A DNA stretch of 64,000 nucleotides from the human T2T-CHM13v2.0 reference genome, Homo sapiens. This document shows, in pieces, positions 1 through 16,885 of the stretch. The notes beneath the pieces are model-generated. The model was given only the letters and a program-made list of their open reading frames with translations. It made no database searches and had not been told where the DNA came from. Within the stretch, counting starts at the first letter, position 1. Each line of letters starts with the position of its first letter. The stretch covers positions 44,896,001-44,960,000 of the forward strand of contig CP068257.2 in NCBI GenBank assembly GCA_009914755.4, read 5' to 3'. The position numbers and the translations under genes were made by a program.

Positions 1-670
1 ATGAAGCCAGTACAAACATGTGAGTGTGTCGTTAGGGCCACAGGGGCCCCATGCTGGTCCTACTCGCAGACCTTGGCTGTTTGTACAGTGACACTGCTGA
101 CAGCCGACCAGCCCAGAGTCTCCTCCACACCCGAGGATTAGACATAGCTTTCAGGAGATTATTTCCCCGTTGTAATCAGATAGTGTGTATTAGTCAGGGT
201 TCTCTAGAGGGACAGAACTAATAGGATAGATGTATACATATAAAGGGAAGTTCATTAAGGCATATTGACTCACACGATCACAAGGTGAGGTCCCACAGTA
301 AGCCATCTGCAAGCTGAGAGCAAGGAAGCCAGTCTGAGTCCCAGTGCTGAAGAACTTGGAATCCAATGTTCTAGGGCAGGAAGCATCCAGCACAGGAGAA
401 AGGTGTAGGCTGGGAGGCTAGGCCAGTCTAGTCTTTCCACGTTCTTCTGCCTGCTTTATTCTGGCCGTGCTGGCAGCTGATTAAACTGTGCCCACCCAGA
501 TTTAGGGTGGGTCTGCCTTTCCCAGTCCACTGACTCAAACGTTAATCTCCTTTGGCAACACCCTCACAGACACACCCAGGAAGAATACTTTGCATCCTTC
601 AATCCCATCAAGTTGACATCAATATTAGCCATCACACAGTGCCTTTCAAATTCAGAGTTTATTGGTATGA

Positions 671-1109
<439 letters not shown>

Positions 1110-1593
1110 TATAATCAAATAATCTTTTAATTCTTTTTCTTTGAACATAGTGATAGTTGTTTGGATCCCTAGGCTGAAGTGGTGGTTCTGCTTGCTTTCC
1201 TCCTGTGTGAGTGGGCCACCAGGTCCTATCTCCAGGCTGTGGATACCTGGCTGTTCACCGCTGTGGTGCCGGGGGTAGCAGAGGTGCCACAGTCCTGTCC
1301 AGAAGTTGGGAAAGTGGGAACCACTCCAAGGTCACCTTTGTCTGTGAGGTTGTGGTCACCAGGATGGTGGGTTGTTTTTAACTTTATTTCACAGCCGTCA
1401 TCATCCATGACTAAAGCTCCTTTAATCCTTTGGTTAGTTGTCGGTGACTGTGATGCAAAAATCGAAACAAATTATTGTAAGCTTTTTTATAGTTGGGATT
1501 AAAAAACAATATTATAAACTATGAATGCTTAAAAACAGAATGTGTTCGTGGTGCTCTGAATTGCTGATTTTAAAGTTTTGATTTTGCTTGTAG

Positions 1594-1791
1594 TTCAGCA
1601 ACCAGATCCAAATCAGCCAAAGCCTGAGGGAAGCGAGACGAGTGTGCTGAGAGGGGAGCCTCTCACTGCAGGTGTCCCCCGACCGCCGTCGCTGTTGGCC
1701 ACCTTGCAGCGCTGGGGCACAACACAGCCCAAATCCCCCTGTCTGACTGCCTTGGATACAACTGGGAAAGCCGTCTACACTCTCACCTATG
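1594..1791 (+). CDS. DIP2A: DIP2-family coding exon (window exon 1, phase-1 start); encodes ..VQQPDPNQPKPEGSETSVLRGEPLTAGVPRPPSLLATLQRWGTTQPKSPCLTALDTTGKAVYTLTYG; probable GC donor (G|gcaagt)
   Basis: Acceptor ttgcttgtag|TTCAGC at 1592-1593. Open frame matches ORF-track 1578..1802. 3' end chosen so that the single following G joins GT of the next exon (GGT=Gly), giving ...TYGKLWSRSL.... The alternative AAG|gtgtta donor at 1796 cannot be joined in frame to any acceptor of the next exon. Confidence 0.65.
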
Positions 1792-2805
1792 GCAAGTGTT
1801 AACAGAAAGCAGTTGTGCTTCTGGGTTAGCTGTAGAATGTCACACACATAACACAGCATAGACATACAGCTTGATAAATATTCCTGAGAAACCAGCACAG
1901 CTGGCAGATAAATAGAACATTGACCTATACCAGGTACCCATCCCACCAGAGGGGACCACTCACTGATGCATGGTGACTGCCATTGCTCTGGGTTCAAGTG
2001 TTTGGAGCGTTCTATGTATGCATTCTGAACAGTGTAGTTTAGTTTCGTCTTATTTTCAACTTTGTATAAGGGGAATCATGCAGTATGTATTTCTGTGTGT
2101 TTGACATCTTTTGGTTCCATACTATGTTTTTTTTGTAACACAAATAGTAAGCATATATACAACCTGATGAATTCACAGAGTGAATATGGTCCTGTAATCA
2201 GCACTCCAAGCAGAAGTGTTGCTAGGTTCAAAGCCCCTCACACCCCTTCCACACACAAAGGGTAACTACTGTCCTGACTGCCCACACTGTTGGCTTTACC
2301 TGCCTTTAAACAAGTGTTCTTTTAGTTTATTCTCATTGATGGTATTATTTTATCGTGTGAATATACTGGAACTTACTTACACACTCTTAAGTAGATGGAC
2401 ATTTGGGTGGTTTCCACTTTGGGGCTATTGTGTATAGTGCTGTTAGGGACATGCTTATGTGAGTTTCTTGGTGAGAATATGTAGGCATTTGTGCTAGGTA
2501 TAAATGCAGAAGCAGAATTGTTCAGCATTAGGACATACTGCCAAACAGTTTTCCAAAGGCAGTGCAGCAGTTTTCACTCCCACAGGCAGTGAGTACGTGA
2601 GGGGTTCCAGTTAACTCTTTTCTCACCAGCTTTTGATATTGTTTATTTCATTATAGTCTTTGTTGTAGGTGTGTTGTAGCACAGGCTAATTTGCATTTGC
2701 CTGGTGACAAATTATGCTTTTCATATGCTTATTGGTTGTTTGAATATCCACATTTATGTACTATTCAAATATTTGGCTCATTTCTCTGTTTGCTAATGCT
2801 TTCAT

Positions 2806-3131
2806 CTTTCTTTTTTATTTTTTTTTCTGAGAAAAGGTTTCACTCTGTCACTCAGGCTAGAGTGCAGTGGTGCAATCATAGCTCACTGCTGCCTTGACCT
2901 CCTGGGCTCGAGATGCTCCTGCCTCAGCCTCCTGAGTAGCTGGGACCATAGGCTCACATCACCACACCCAGCTAATTTAAAAAAAAAAACAAAACAAAAA
3001 AAACTTTTTTTTGTAGAAATGGGGGGTCTCCCTATGTTGCCCAGGCTGATATCGAACTCCTGGCTAAAGCAGTCCTCCCATCTTAGCCTCTCAAAGTGCT
3101 GGGATTACAAGTGTGAGCCACTGCACCTGGC
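2806..3131 (-). mobile_element. Alu SINE (older, diverged, AluJ-like)
   Basis: Antisense Alu consensus with internal A-rich linker. Confidence 0.8.
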
Positions 3132-3839
3132 CTCTTATTTCTTTGTATGTTTCAGATAGGCATCTTTCCTGAGATGCATGTTTTGCAAATGTCTCCTCAC
3201 TATTTGGATTGCCTTTTAACACTTTTAATTATGGCTTTTAATGAATGAAAAGTCTTAATGTAATCTAACTTACATGTTGTTTTTTTTTTCCTGTATTGTA
3301 GCTAAGTTTTTGTCTAATTTAGAAATTTTTTACCAAACTTAAGGTCACAAAGATATTTTCCTGCATGCTCTTCTAAAACCTTTATTGTTTTACTTTTCAC
3401 ATTTAGGTGTGATGATCCATTTAGAATTTAATTTTGTATATTGTTGGAGTAAAGTTGTATATTGTTGGTATAAAGTTGGAGTCATTTTCTTATGAGTATC
3501 TAACTGACTCAGTATCATTTATTGAAAAGGCAATCCTTTCCCCAAAGTACTGCAGTGTTACTTTGTTATATAGTGGGTGAAAAATGTACTTGCGGGTCTG
3601 TTTCTGGGCTCCTGTTGGCGGGGGGTGTTGTCAGTCTGTTGTCTCTCCATGCTCTGAATCACTGTAGCATTAGGAGTCCTCTTGCTCTGTGATGGTTCCT
3701 CAAGATTGCCTTGACTCTTCTTGGCTCTTTGTATTTCCAAGTAAACTTTAGAATTAACTTGTCAATTTCCATAAAAATTACTACTGGGATATTGATTGGC
3801 ATTGCATTGAATCTCTAGTTCAATTTGAATAGAACTAAT

Positions 3840-4090
3840 GTTTTATAGGTTGAGAGCATCCCAAATATGAAAATCCAAAATCCAAAATGCTCTAAAATCT
3901 GAAACTGCTTGAAGCTGACATGATGCTCAAAGAAAATGCTCATTGGAGCATTTTGGATTTCTGATTTTTGGACTTGTGATGCGATGCTCAACTGGGAAAT
4001 AAATATAATGCAAATATGCCAAAATCTAAAAAAAAATTGAAATCCCAAACACTTCTAATCTCAAGCATTTCGGATAAGGGATACTCAACC
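3840..4090. mobile_element. Palindromic MITE-like DNA-transposon relic (internal inverted symmetry ...TCCAAAATGCTC.../...GAGCATTTTGGA...)
   Basis: aaaatccaaaatccaaaatgctctaaaatctgaaactgcttgaagctgacatgatgctcaaagaaaatgctcattggagcattttggatttctgatttttggac. I did not assign a family. Confidence 0.4.
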
Positions 4091-4327
4091 TGTATTACAA
4101 TTATGTAATCTTCCAGTTTATGATTGTGGAATATTTTCCCCTTTTTAAAGGCCTGCTTCAATTTCTGTCAGTAATGTTTTTATACTTTGGAATACAGAAG
4201 TCTTGAGCACCTTTTATTAGATTTATTCCTGTTACAAGTGCTGTAATTTGTAATTTTCTCTACTGATTTGTTGCTTATATATAGAATTGCAATCTATATT
4301 ATTATTATTTTAAAATGATGACTTTGT

Positions 4328-4654
<327 letters not shown>

Positions 4655-5664
4655 TTAACTTATTAGTTCTTTGTTTACTCATAATTAGAAGTTTGTCTAT
4701 ATATCTTTTGTATTACCTGTCTACAAAAATCACATTATTGGTGAATAATGATAGTGTTATTTTGTCCTTTCCAATACTTATACTTTTATTCTTTTTTTTT
4801 TTTTTTTTTTTTTTGGTTTTTTTTTTTGCACAAGCTAGAACCTCCAGTACAGTGTGAAATAGAACAATGTTGAAGAGTGGGCATTCTTGCCTGTTTTTCC
4901 ATCTGAGGAAAAGCCTGTGGTAATTAAGTATGATGTGTTCTGTAGTTTTGTTTGCTTGTTTGTTGGTAGAAACTGTCAGATTAAGAACGTTCCCTTCTCC
5001 TTGTTTGTTAAAAGTTGTTATCATGAGTTGGGATTGAATTTTGTCAAATGCTTTTTCTGCTGCTAGAAAGAAGATCATATGATTTTCCTCCTTCATTAAT
5101 TTGGTGAATTATTTTGATTAATTTTCTAATGTAAAGCAGCCGTTCATTTGTAGAATAAATCCCACTTGGCCATAATATCTTACCCTTTTAAATATACACC
5201 CAGATTTAATTTGCCAATAAGTTGTTTAGGATTTTTACGTCTGTTTTCATTAGAAAAATTGATCTGTAATTCTTTAAGAAAGGAGCCCATTGCCAGCCTT
5301 TGATGAGTATGCCTAGCTCACAGCCTCAACTGTTAAACCAGCGTTCAAATCTAGGTCATGCTATTGGCAGAGCAGTCCCTGGCCAATGGCCAAGTAAGGC
5401 AGTGGGACAAGGGCCTAGTTTCTGTTAGCATGGACTTTCCTTAAAAACAGCATTGGGCTTGTGGAGACTGTCAGTTCTACATTGTGGCTTGACAGCTCCT
5501 CCTGCCCAATCTTGCTACCTGTCTTTTCCTGTCACAGATTTTTATTCTTTAGTAATCCTTTTGCATGCCTGAGCCTTTCTCAGCGTCTGCTTTGTGAAGA
5601 ACCCAGCCTGTGACACACTTCCTCTTTTTTTTTTTTTATATATTCTCCTTGGCTTGCAGTTTAA

Positions 5665-6007
<343 letters not shown>

Positions 6008-6658
6008 CATTGTTTTTTGTTTGTTTGTTGTTTTAATCAACCATACATTTTTATTCTTTCTTTTACTATATACATTCCTTCCTGAGATTCTGTATTTTCC
6101 TGGGTAATCATTTCCTTCTGGCCTGTAGAACTTCCTGTATGTTCGTTATACTGTAGCTTTGCTGGCAACTTCATTTTTGAAGGTTATATTTCGTGGTGGT
6201 TTATCTTCTTTCAGCAATGCAAAGATATTGTTTATAGGCTTTTGAGAAGATGCCAGACCATTGTTGCTCTATTGACAGTAATGTGTATGGCCGCTTAAAA
6301 AGTGTTCTTTTTATTTGAATTGCAGCCGTCTTACTATGACATTTAGAGGTGATGTTCTTTGAAAATTTCCTGTGATGTTCTTTGAAATTTTCAAGATGTC
6401 CACAGGGCTTCTTGAATCTGTAGAATGGTGTCTTTCATCTGTTTGAGAAAAATTACAGCCATCTTCTCTTACTATATTGCTTCTTCCTCACTTTTTTTCT
6501 TCTCTCCTTCTGGGACTCCAGTTACACTTATACTTTTTCCCTGAGTCCTACATGTTTAATGTTCTTTTTTATATTTTGCATTCTTTCTTATATATACTTC
6601 AATTTGTATATTTTCTATTTTCCTTTATTCAAATTGTTTAATCTTGTCTTCTGAAATT

Positions 6659-6660
<2 letters not shown>

Positions 6661-6693
<33 letters not shown>

Positions 6694-6975
6694 AGATGGA
6701 GTCTGGCTCTGTCGCCCAGGCTGGAGTGCAAGTGGTGCGATGTCAGCTCACTGCAAGCTCCGCCTCCCGGGTTCACGCCATTTTCCTGCCTCAGCCTCCT
6801 GAATAGCTGGGACTATAGGCGCCTGCCACCGCACCCAGCTAATTTTTTTGTGTTTTTAGTAGAGACAGGGTTTCACTGTGTTAGCCAGGATGGTCTCGAT
6901 CTCCTGACCTCATGATCCGCCTGCCTCGGCCTCCCAAAGTGCTGGGATTACAGCCGTGAGCCACCGCTCTTGGCC
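6661..6975 (-). mobile_element. Alu SINE with 32-nt poly-T; TSD CTGAAATTTC at 6651-6660 and 6976-6985
   Basis: Antisense Alu consensus. Perfect 10-nt direct repeats. Confidence 0.9.
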
Positions 6976-7238
6976 CTGAAATTTCTAATCTGCTGTGAAA
7001 TCCTGATGAGTTCCTTATTTTAGATATTGCCTTTTCAGTTTAGAATTTTCATTTCTCTATTATAGTTACTATTCTAATACTCTGGAAAAATTTCTCATTA
7101 TTCCATACACTTTCCTAATCTTTGCTTCTGCTGCCTTGAATACACACATCAATTATTGTAAATGAAAGTCTTTGTTAGCTAACACCAATATCTGTATCAC
7201 CTTTGGGTCTGTTGCTCTTGTCTGTGTTTTCTCTCTCT

Positions 7239-7560
7239 TTTTTTTTTTTTTTTTTTTTTTTTTTGAGACAGAGTCTTGCTCTGTTGCCCACACTGGAGTG
7301 CAGTGGTGATCACAACTCACTGCAGCCTTGACTTCTTGGGCTCAAGAGGTCCTCCCACCACAGCCTCCTGAGTAGCTGGGACTACAGGTGCACAGCACTA
7401 CGCCCAGCTAATTTTTTCTTTCTTTCTTATTTTCTTTTTTTTATAGAGATGGGGTTTCACTGTGTTGTCCAGGCTGGTCTTGAACTCCTGGGCTCAAGTG
7501 ACCTGCCTGCCTCAGCCTCCCAAAGTGCTGGATTACAGGCGTGAGCCACCATGCCTGGCC
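7239..7560 (-). mobile_element. Alu SINE (older subfamily)
   Basis: Antisense Alu consensus with diverged linker. Confidence 0.8.
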
Positions 7561-8576
7561 TTTTTGATTGAATATTGTATGTTGTGTATAAAAACATTAT
7601 GGCAGGTCCAGACAATGTCATCTTCCTTAAGAGAAACCTCTTTCCCCTCCAAGTAGAGTAGTGGCTGGCTGGTCGCTGCAGTCCAGTCATGCCTGGCCCA
7701 GCCGGCCTTTGCTCTCCTCTGGCTCTCCTGGGCTTTCTGCCAGTGCCTGGTGTGTCCATGTGTCTCTTTCCTCTGATGGCTTCCCAGCCGTGGCGTTGGT
7801 CTCCTCGTGGCTTCTTAACAACCCCATTCTGCTTTTCAGAGGTTTTCCACATGGGCTCTTGGTCTCCTGCTGCACACAGCCAGAGGATTCAGCACATGTC
7901 CTGCAGGAGGTGGCTGTGCTCTCGAGACTCCTAGCCTCTACCAAAAGCTCTGCAGGTTTCTTCATGTCCTGGTGGGACTGCTCCAGGTGGATACTCAGCC
8001 CCCCGTGGGGGCTGGAATCCCTGAACATGGACAGCGTAAAGACAGCTGCAGCTCAGCTCACTTTCCGGAGGGTTTTCCCTCTCTGGAATCTTAACTCCTC
8101 TAGTTGTCTTTGCTGAGCAGCAACTTGCTGCCTCCAAAAGATCATTTCTGCATTTTATTCAGTTTTTAAACTCATCTTAGGCAGGAGTGCTGGTCTGCCA
8201 CCAGTACCCTCTCCTACTCGGAAGCAGAGTCTTCCACCATGGTGCTTTTAAAATTCATCCATGTTATTGCGGGTAGTTGTAATTCATTTATTTCTGTTGA
8301 GGAATGAATATATCAGAATTTACTTAAGCATTATACTGTTGCTGGAATACATGGGCTGTATCCAGTTTTAGCTACTAGAAACAGTGCTCCCAGGAAGATT
8401 CTGGTGTGTGCCACGTGGTAGCTAAGCATATGTTTCTGAAGGTTGAGTACTTAGGAGTGGAAGTACTAGGTCTAGGGTTATGGGCACCTTCACATTGCTG
8501 AGATGGCACCACCGTTCTCCAGTTCACCCTTGGCCCATCAATGTGGGTGGGCCCTACCTGCTCCCCATCATTATCA

Positions 8577-9600
<1,024 letters not shown>

Positions 9601-10032
9601 CATATTTCCCCTCTCTGTTTTATGAGAGAAGCCTTAATTCTAAAGGTTGTAGAGGGACAAAGATTCATCTTCTATAACTTCTTCAGGCTGAACAGGAGTG
9701 ATGACATTCCTGCCTAACTATTAGGGTCTTTTATATTTGAGAAAGAAAGGAGCTAAGTCAGAAAGCATCAGTATGGTGAGGGCCATTCATAACGCCAAGA
9801 AAATTTGGTATCTGGAAGATTAATAAGTGTTCAGTTTAAGAAAACATTGAGTAAGCTTATCCTGCATTCCTACACAGAGTACAACAGCAATATATTCCAC
9901 AACAGTAAAACAAAATAAGTAAAATTATCCCAAGTAAATTAAATAGGGATTTTCATGAACTGGGTAACTGTTGGAACTAAGATGATATGGGATTGCTAGC
10001 TGATTCCAGTGTGCCCAGAATTAGAATATTGA

Positions 10033-10357
<325 letters not shown>

Positions 10358-11339
10358 TGATCCAGATTTTTACATTACCCATCTCTCTTGTTTCTCTCTA
10401 CTTTACTCAATTGTTAAAAGCTGTAAATAGCTCAAAAGAGAAGTTTTCTTGGCTCTGAAAAACAAAACAAAGAATCAGCAACAATTTAAGCAAAAAGTCA
10501 AAACAAGTTACTTCTGTTTTCTACTGGTTCTATTAGTCCTATTAGTTCAGCTCATGTCAAAACAAGTTACTTCTGTCTTCTATTAGTTCTGTTAGTCCTA
10601 TTAGTTCAGCTCATGCAGTTAACTCCTGTTCGATATTCATGAACATTTTGGCTCTCCATGAGAGTCCTGAAAGTTTTTCCTCTATTCGAATGTCACAACC
10701 TCCAAAGTTATCAGAAACCTGCATTCAAAAACACCTGTTAGAGTTCTCTAGTTGATTATAAAACCACCTTCTAAAGAGGACCCAAACAAGACAACAATTT
10801 TGTATGGATGACAGAATGCCTTAGGGCAGCCTCTACAAAAGCCACAATTGACTAGGAATTTTGATTACTTCTGTGACATGGAACAATTTAACATACCAAT
10901 TATATTAATAACATGTACTGTCATATCAGAGTTATAGAAGTTTCACACGATTTTGGAACACAAACCAATAACATATTTATACAAATATAGCCCAAAGAAA
11001 GCCAAGCATCATTTCATATCTGACAGTGCTTGCTGTGTGATTTTTATACCAAATAAGCTGAATATGTCATTTTTTGGACTTGAGAGGACCTAATATCTAA
11101 AAGATTAATTAGGTCAGGAAAAGGCAGAATTTAGAGTATGATGTTGGAAAGTTTGTCAAATATTAAAGGTTTAAACGCTTGATATTACAAAATAGAATCC
11201 CAGGTCACCATAAGTCATTCATTTACCCAAAATGATAACTCAAAAATTTTTAAAAGGCAAAATCCTTTACTCATTAATAGAAGGAAAACTTAGCTTTCCA
11301 AATAATCTGTCTCCTTTCTTTCCCTTCTTTTTCCTATAG

Positions 11340-11672
<333 letters not shown>

Positions 11673-13104
11673 ATCTTTCATTATTTTTTTTAATATAAAA
11701 ATCCTGCTCAAGGGAGAAAGCAAAATTTCACCATTGCATTAGCGCATTATTGATGTCAAACCCAATTCTTAATAAAACCTTGTAGACAAATCTATTCAAC
11801 CATAAGGTAAGATTCTCATAAACCTTTTATAACCCTTTACACTTTTTGTTAAAGAGCAGATTCATGCTCCAAGAAAACTGTTGTGCTTTTATTCCAGTAT
11901 TCAATTTATGGAAAAACTGAATAATACCCCTTTAACTTTAGGCCAGTGTGTTCACACACAATTTCTTTTACAAGATTAATTTTTCACAAACCTTCCACAA
12001 CTTGCTCAAACCTTCAGCATTATTCTATCCAACTGAAAATAATCCTTTAACCCTTTAATCTAGGCAAAAAAAAATCCACATTCCCATGACTTCTTACAAT
12101 CTTTTTACCAAAAACACATTTCACTTTCCGTGCACATTTCACACCTTGCAGGTAGAACTGCTTTTCCCATAGTCCCATAGTCTCAAGTACATGTTACATT
12201 GTTAACCGAAGAAGCAGTTTATGACCGTAAAGCATTTAGCAAACCTAATATCTGACCTGTCTAATTTAGACCAAATGCCTAAATTTTTGAAGATATTTTT
12301 ATTTTACCAATAGTCTTTAAAACTGTCTTTATTTCCCAAAGGTTACTTAAGTCACATGAACTAAAAGGCATTACAGTTTTAATTTTTCTGACAAGATATT
12401 TGGTTTAAGGTCTTAGTATTTTTAAACCAATTAATCAAAGCTCTTTCATATATAAACATCACACACATAACATGTAAATAGACAGAAGATCCAGGAGACG
12501 TAAGATTTTCCATTTTCCAGTTTCTAAGTTTCTTAACTGGATTACTGGCTTCAGGGTGGAGCTCTTTGCTAAACAGGGCTAGGGAAACATGCAGTTTCTG
12601 GAGCCTAATAAGCAGCTGGAAGGCAAAGCAGATTCCAAAAATCAAAGTTCTCATTTCTATACCAGATACTGGATCCTCAAAAAGGGAATCAGCCCATCCC
12701 CCATGGGAGTGTTATCTCTCAGTGGGGCTTGGGGGACATTTCCATACCTTCTAGGTGGCCAAGAGCATGCTTCTCTGATCCAAACATGCAGAGAGGTGTG
12801 TATTCCCCTACAACTGCCATTAGCTACCCCCAAAGTATATTTCCTCCCTAGTTCTTACACCAGAGCTTTCTCGTCATGTGAAATCAAAACCGTCAGATAA
12901 CACAGTGCTGCAAAACAGAGCAGAGCCTTAGATTTTGAGATTTTAAATTTTAAATTCCTGGGGTTTCATGAGGAAAACAGAGGTTCTTCCCAAAATGGGG
13001 TCTGTGGCTCCTCCTCTGTTTCCCCCAAAGAGTCCCAGGCTGTTAGACCTTGAATATCTGCTTTTAAGGTGACTTTTAACCATAGTGCTCTTTTATTTTT
13101 TTAA

Positions 13105-13410
<306 letters not shown>

Positions 13411-13432
13411 TTCTTATTTATTTATTTATTTA

Positions 13433-13727
13433 TTTTTTGAGATGGAGTCTGGCTCTGTCGCCCAGGCTGGAGTGCAGTGGCGTGATCTTGGCTCACTGCA
13501 ACCTCCGCCTCCCAGGTTCAAGCAGTTCTCCTGCCTCAACCTCCTGAGTAGCTAGGATTACAGGCGTGCGCCTGGCTAATTTTTTTTTTTTTTTTTTTTT
13601 TGTATTTTTAGTAGAGACGGGGTTTCACCATGTTGGCCAGGCTGGTCTTGAACCCCTGATCTTGTGATCCACCCGCCTCAGCCTCCCAAAGTGCTGGGAT
13701 TACAGGTATGAGCCACTGCACCTGGCC
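13433..13727 (-). mobile_element. Alu SINE with expanded internal poly-T linker (13573-13600)
   Basis: Antisense Alu consensus. Confidence 0.85.
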
Positions 13728-15081
13728 CATAGTGCTTTTTTTTTAAATTCCTTTTAAATCTCTTATTACCCAACTTCAGCCAGGCCTTACGGCCAATATT
13801 TCTGACTTTGGAACTTTACCAAAGGTAACCTCCCAGGTGAAAACAATAAACTTTAGCCAATAAGCTACAGTATTGGGCACTTGGACTATTCCCAGAAGAA
13901 GTCTAGAGCATCCAATTCTGAGCTTGCAAAGGCTTTTAACTGCTCGAGATAACCTTTAGAGCTAACTATGATATGAACCCTCAAATTCCTGTTCACTCGG
14001 TGGAAACCAAGAGAAAGTACCTCCGCGTGGTTACAAGTCAACTCCCAAGGACATTTTTCAACATGTGGTCTCTGGGCAAGATGAAGGAGCAGTTGCCCTG
14101 AGTAACAGAAAAGATGGAAAAGAGAAAGGGAGAAAAGCATTGCCTATGGCAGTATGGGGAAGGTGAGGAGCTCAGGGAGGCCGGAGAAAGACCCAGCCAT
14201 TGCGGCGACGCTGAATCAAAAGTTCAGGCAGCCGCTTGTCAGTAATGAAGGGATCTTTTCCAGCTGTCCCGTCAGCTCTGGAGTTTCCCCTTTTGGGGAG
14301 AAAAAATGCTCCCATGTTCCATGATCCTGTACATGCCTAACCTTGTCACCCAAAGCCGTCAGCAAAGAGTGCAAGGCAGATGAATCCAGAGAGAATAGTG
14401 GTTAACATTCTGTAGTGCCAGATCCATTCTTGGCCACGAGGGACTTTACTGAAGGGGGACCCTCTAACCCCTTATATCTTAGGAAGGTCTCTAACCTTCC
14501 CAAGTTGGGCCTCGAACCCAGGTTTGTTCAAGTGCCCTTGCCTTTTATTAAGAGGGGCCTTTAACCCACTCTGTCTTAGGAGAAACTCTGACTCCCCTAA
14601 GTTGGGACTCTAACCCAGTTCCATCCTTTACCCTGGTAAATGCACCCCACTTACCCAAAGTCGGCCAATTGGTGCTGTGGTCTTATCTCCTTTGGGTCGG
14701 GGGTCTCCTCAGTATTGTCCCTTTGGAATTCACCGGGAAGATGTTCCCAGAAAGGGATCCTATTCCAGACCCCAAGAGAGGCTCCTTGGACCTTGTGCAA
14801 GAAAGAATTCAGGGCAAGTCAGTGTAGTAAAGTGAAAGCAAGTTTATTAAGAAAGCAAAGGAGTAAAAGAATGGCTACTCCCTAGGCAGAGCAGCTGCAC
14901 CTTTTCTAATACAGGATCATTTATAGGAATTTTTTATATTATATTCTGGATCCCAGCCCTGTGTCAGTAATACCTTGCGAGAGTTCTCTCCCTCTTTGTG
15001 GCTGGCTTTCCACTAATGGTAGCTTAGTGAACAGAAGTTCTATCAATCACCTTCTTTTCTTTTATGATTTTTGCTTTTTGC

Positions 15082-15406
<325 letters not shown>

Positions 15407-15813
15407 TAAGTACTGTTTCCCTTGGCTGAGATCAAAACATTATTCCATTAATTTGGGAAAATGCTGTTGTTTTACTGTTCACATTTAGGTCTGCCATTCA
15501 CCTGGAATGTGTTTTTGTGAATGGTGTGGGACTGGGTTCCCGGGTTCGTTTCTAAAGAAAGATAACCTACTGTCCCGTTCTTGTCTAAGGAGGAGACAGC
15601 CCTTGCCCCACTCTTCTGTGGTGGCACGTGGGTCATCAGTTGAGTTGTCCACACATGGGTGGATCTGTTTTGCTGTTCTCTGTTTTATTTCACTGATTTA
15701 TTTTCTATCTTTGTGCCTATACCACACTGTCTTAATTGCCATAGTTTTATAATAAGTCTTGACATCTGTAGAGAAAGCCTGCCATCTTGTTTTCTTCTTC
15801 AAAAGTATCTTAC

Positions 15814-15917
15814 ATGCTCACTTTGGCAGCACATACACTAAAACTGGAATGATGTAGAGAAGATGAGCATGGTACCTGTGCAAGGATGACACACTTTTGT
15901 GAAATGTTCCATATTTA
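15814..15917 (+). pseudogene. U6 snRNA retropseudogene (about 85% identical to RNU6 over the full ~105 nt), followed by an A-rich tail
   Basis: aTGCTCaCTTtGGCAGCACATAcACTAAAAcTGGAAtGATgtAGAGAAGATgAGCATGGtaCCTGtGCAAGGATGACACactTTtGTGAAatGTTCCATATTT matches the U6 consensus. No upstream PSE or TATA was recognisable, which fits a processed copy. Confidence 0.75.
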
Positions 15918-16034
15918 AAAAACTGAAAAAAAGAGTGTCTTAGCAATTCTTACCCTGTGCATTTCTGGATCCACTTTAGAATGAGCTTATCAGGTGTCAC
16001 AGTATACCTACTGAGATTATTAGCATTACTTTGA

Positions 16035-16400
<366 letters not shown>

Positions 16401-16534
16401 ACCTTTGCATTATTGAGTCTTCCAGCCCTTGGACATCTGTCCCTCCATTCAAATATTTTTTACTTTATCTCAGTAATGTATGGTTTTCTGTGGGGAGATT
16501 TTGCATATTTCTTGTGACAGTCTCAAGTACTTAG

Positions 16535-16885
<351 letters not shown>

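Noticed and set aside
1797-1798. Canonical GT donor AAG|gtgtta at 1797 as the end of the first exon
   Set aside because: It leaves the exon in phase 0. The only acceptor preceding the conserved KLWSRSL... exon (ttttag|GT at 19266-19267) then gives an out-of-frame or stop-containing join. The GC donor 5 nt upstream restores the frame. Kept as a lower-probability alternative.
12100-12950. Region with several short ORFs on both strands (12379-12900) in the large intron
   Set aside because: No repeat or gene signature that I can name, no coding periodicity, AT-rich. Treated as unique intronic sequence.
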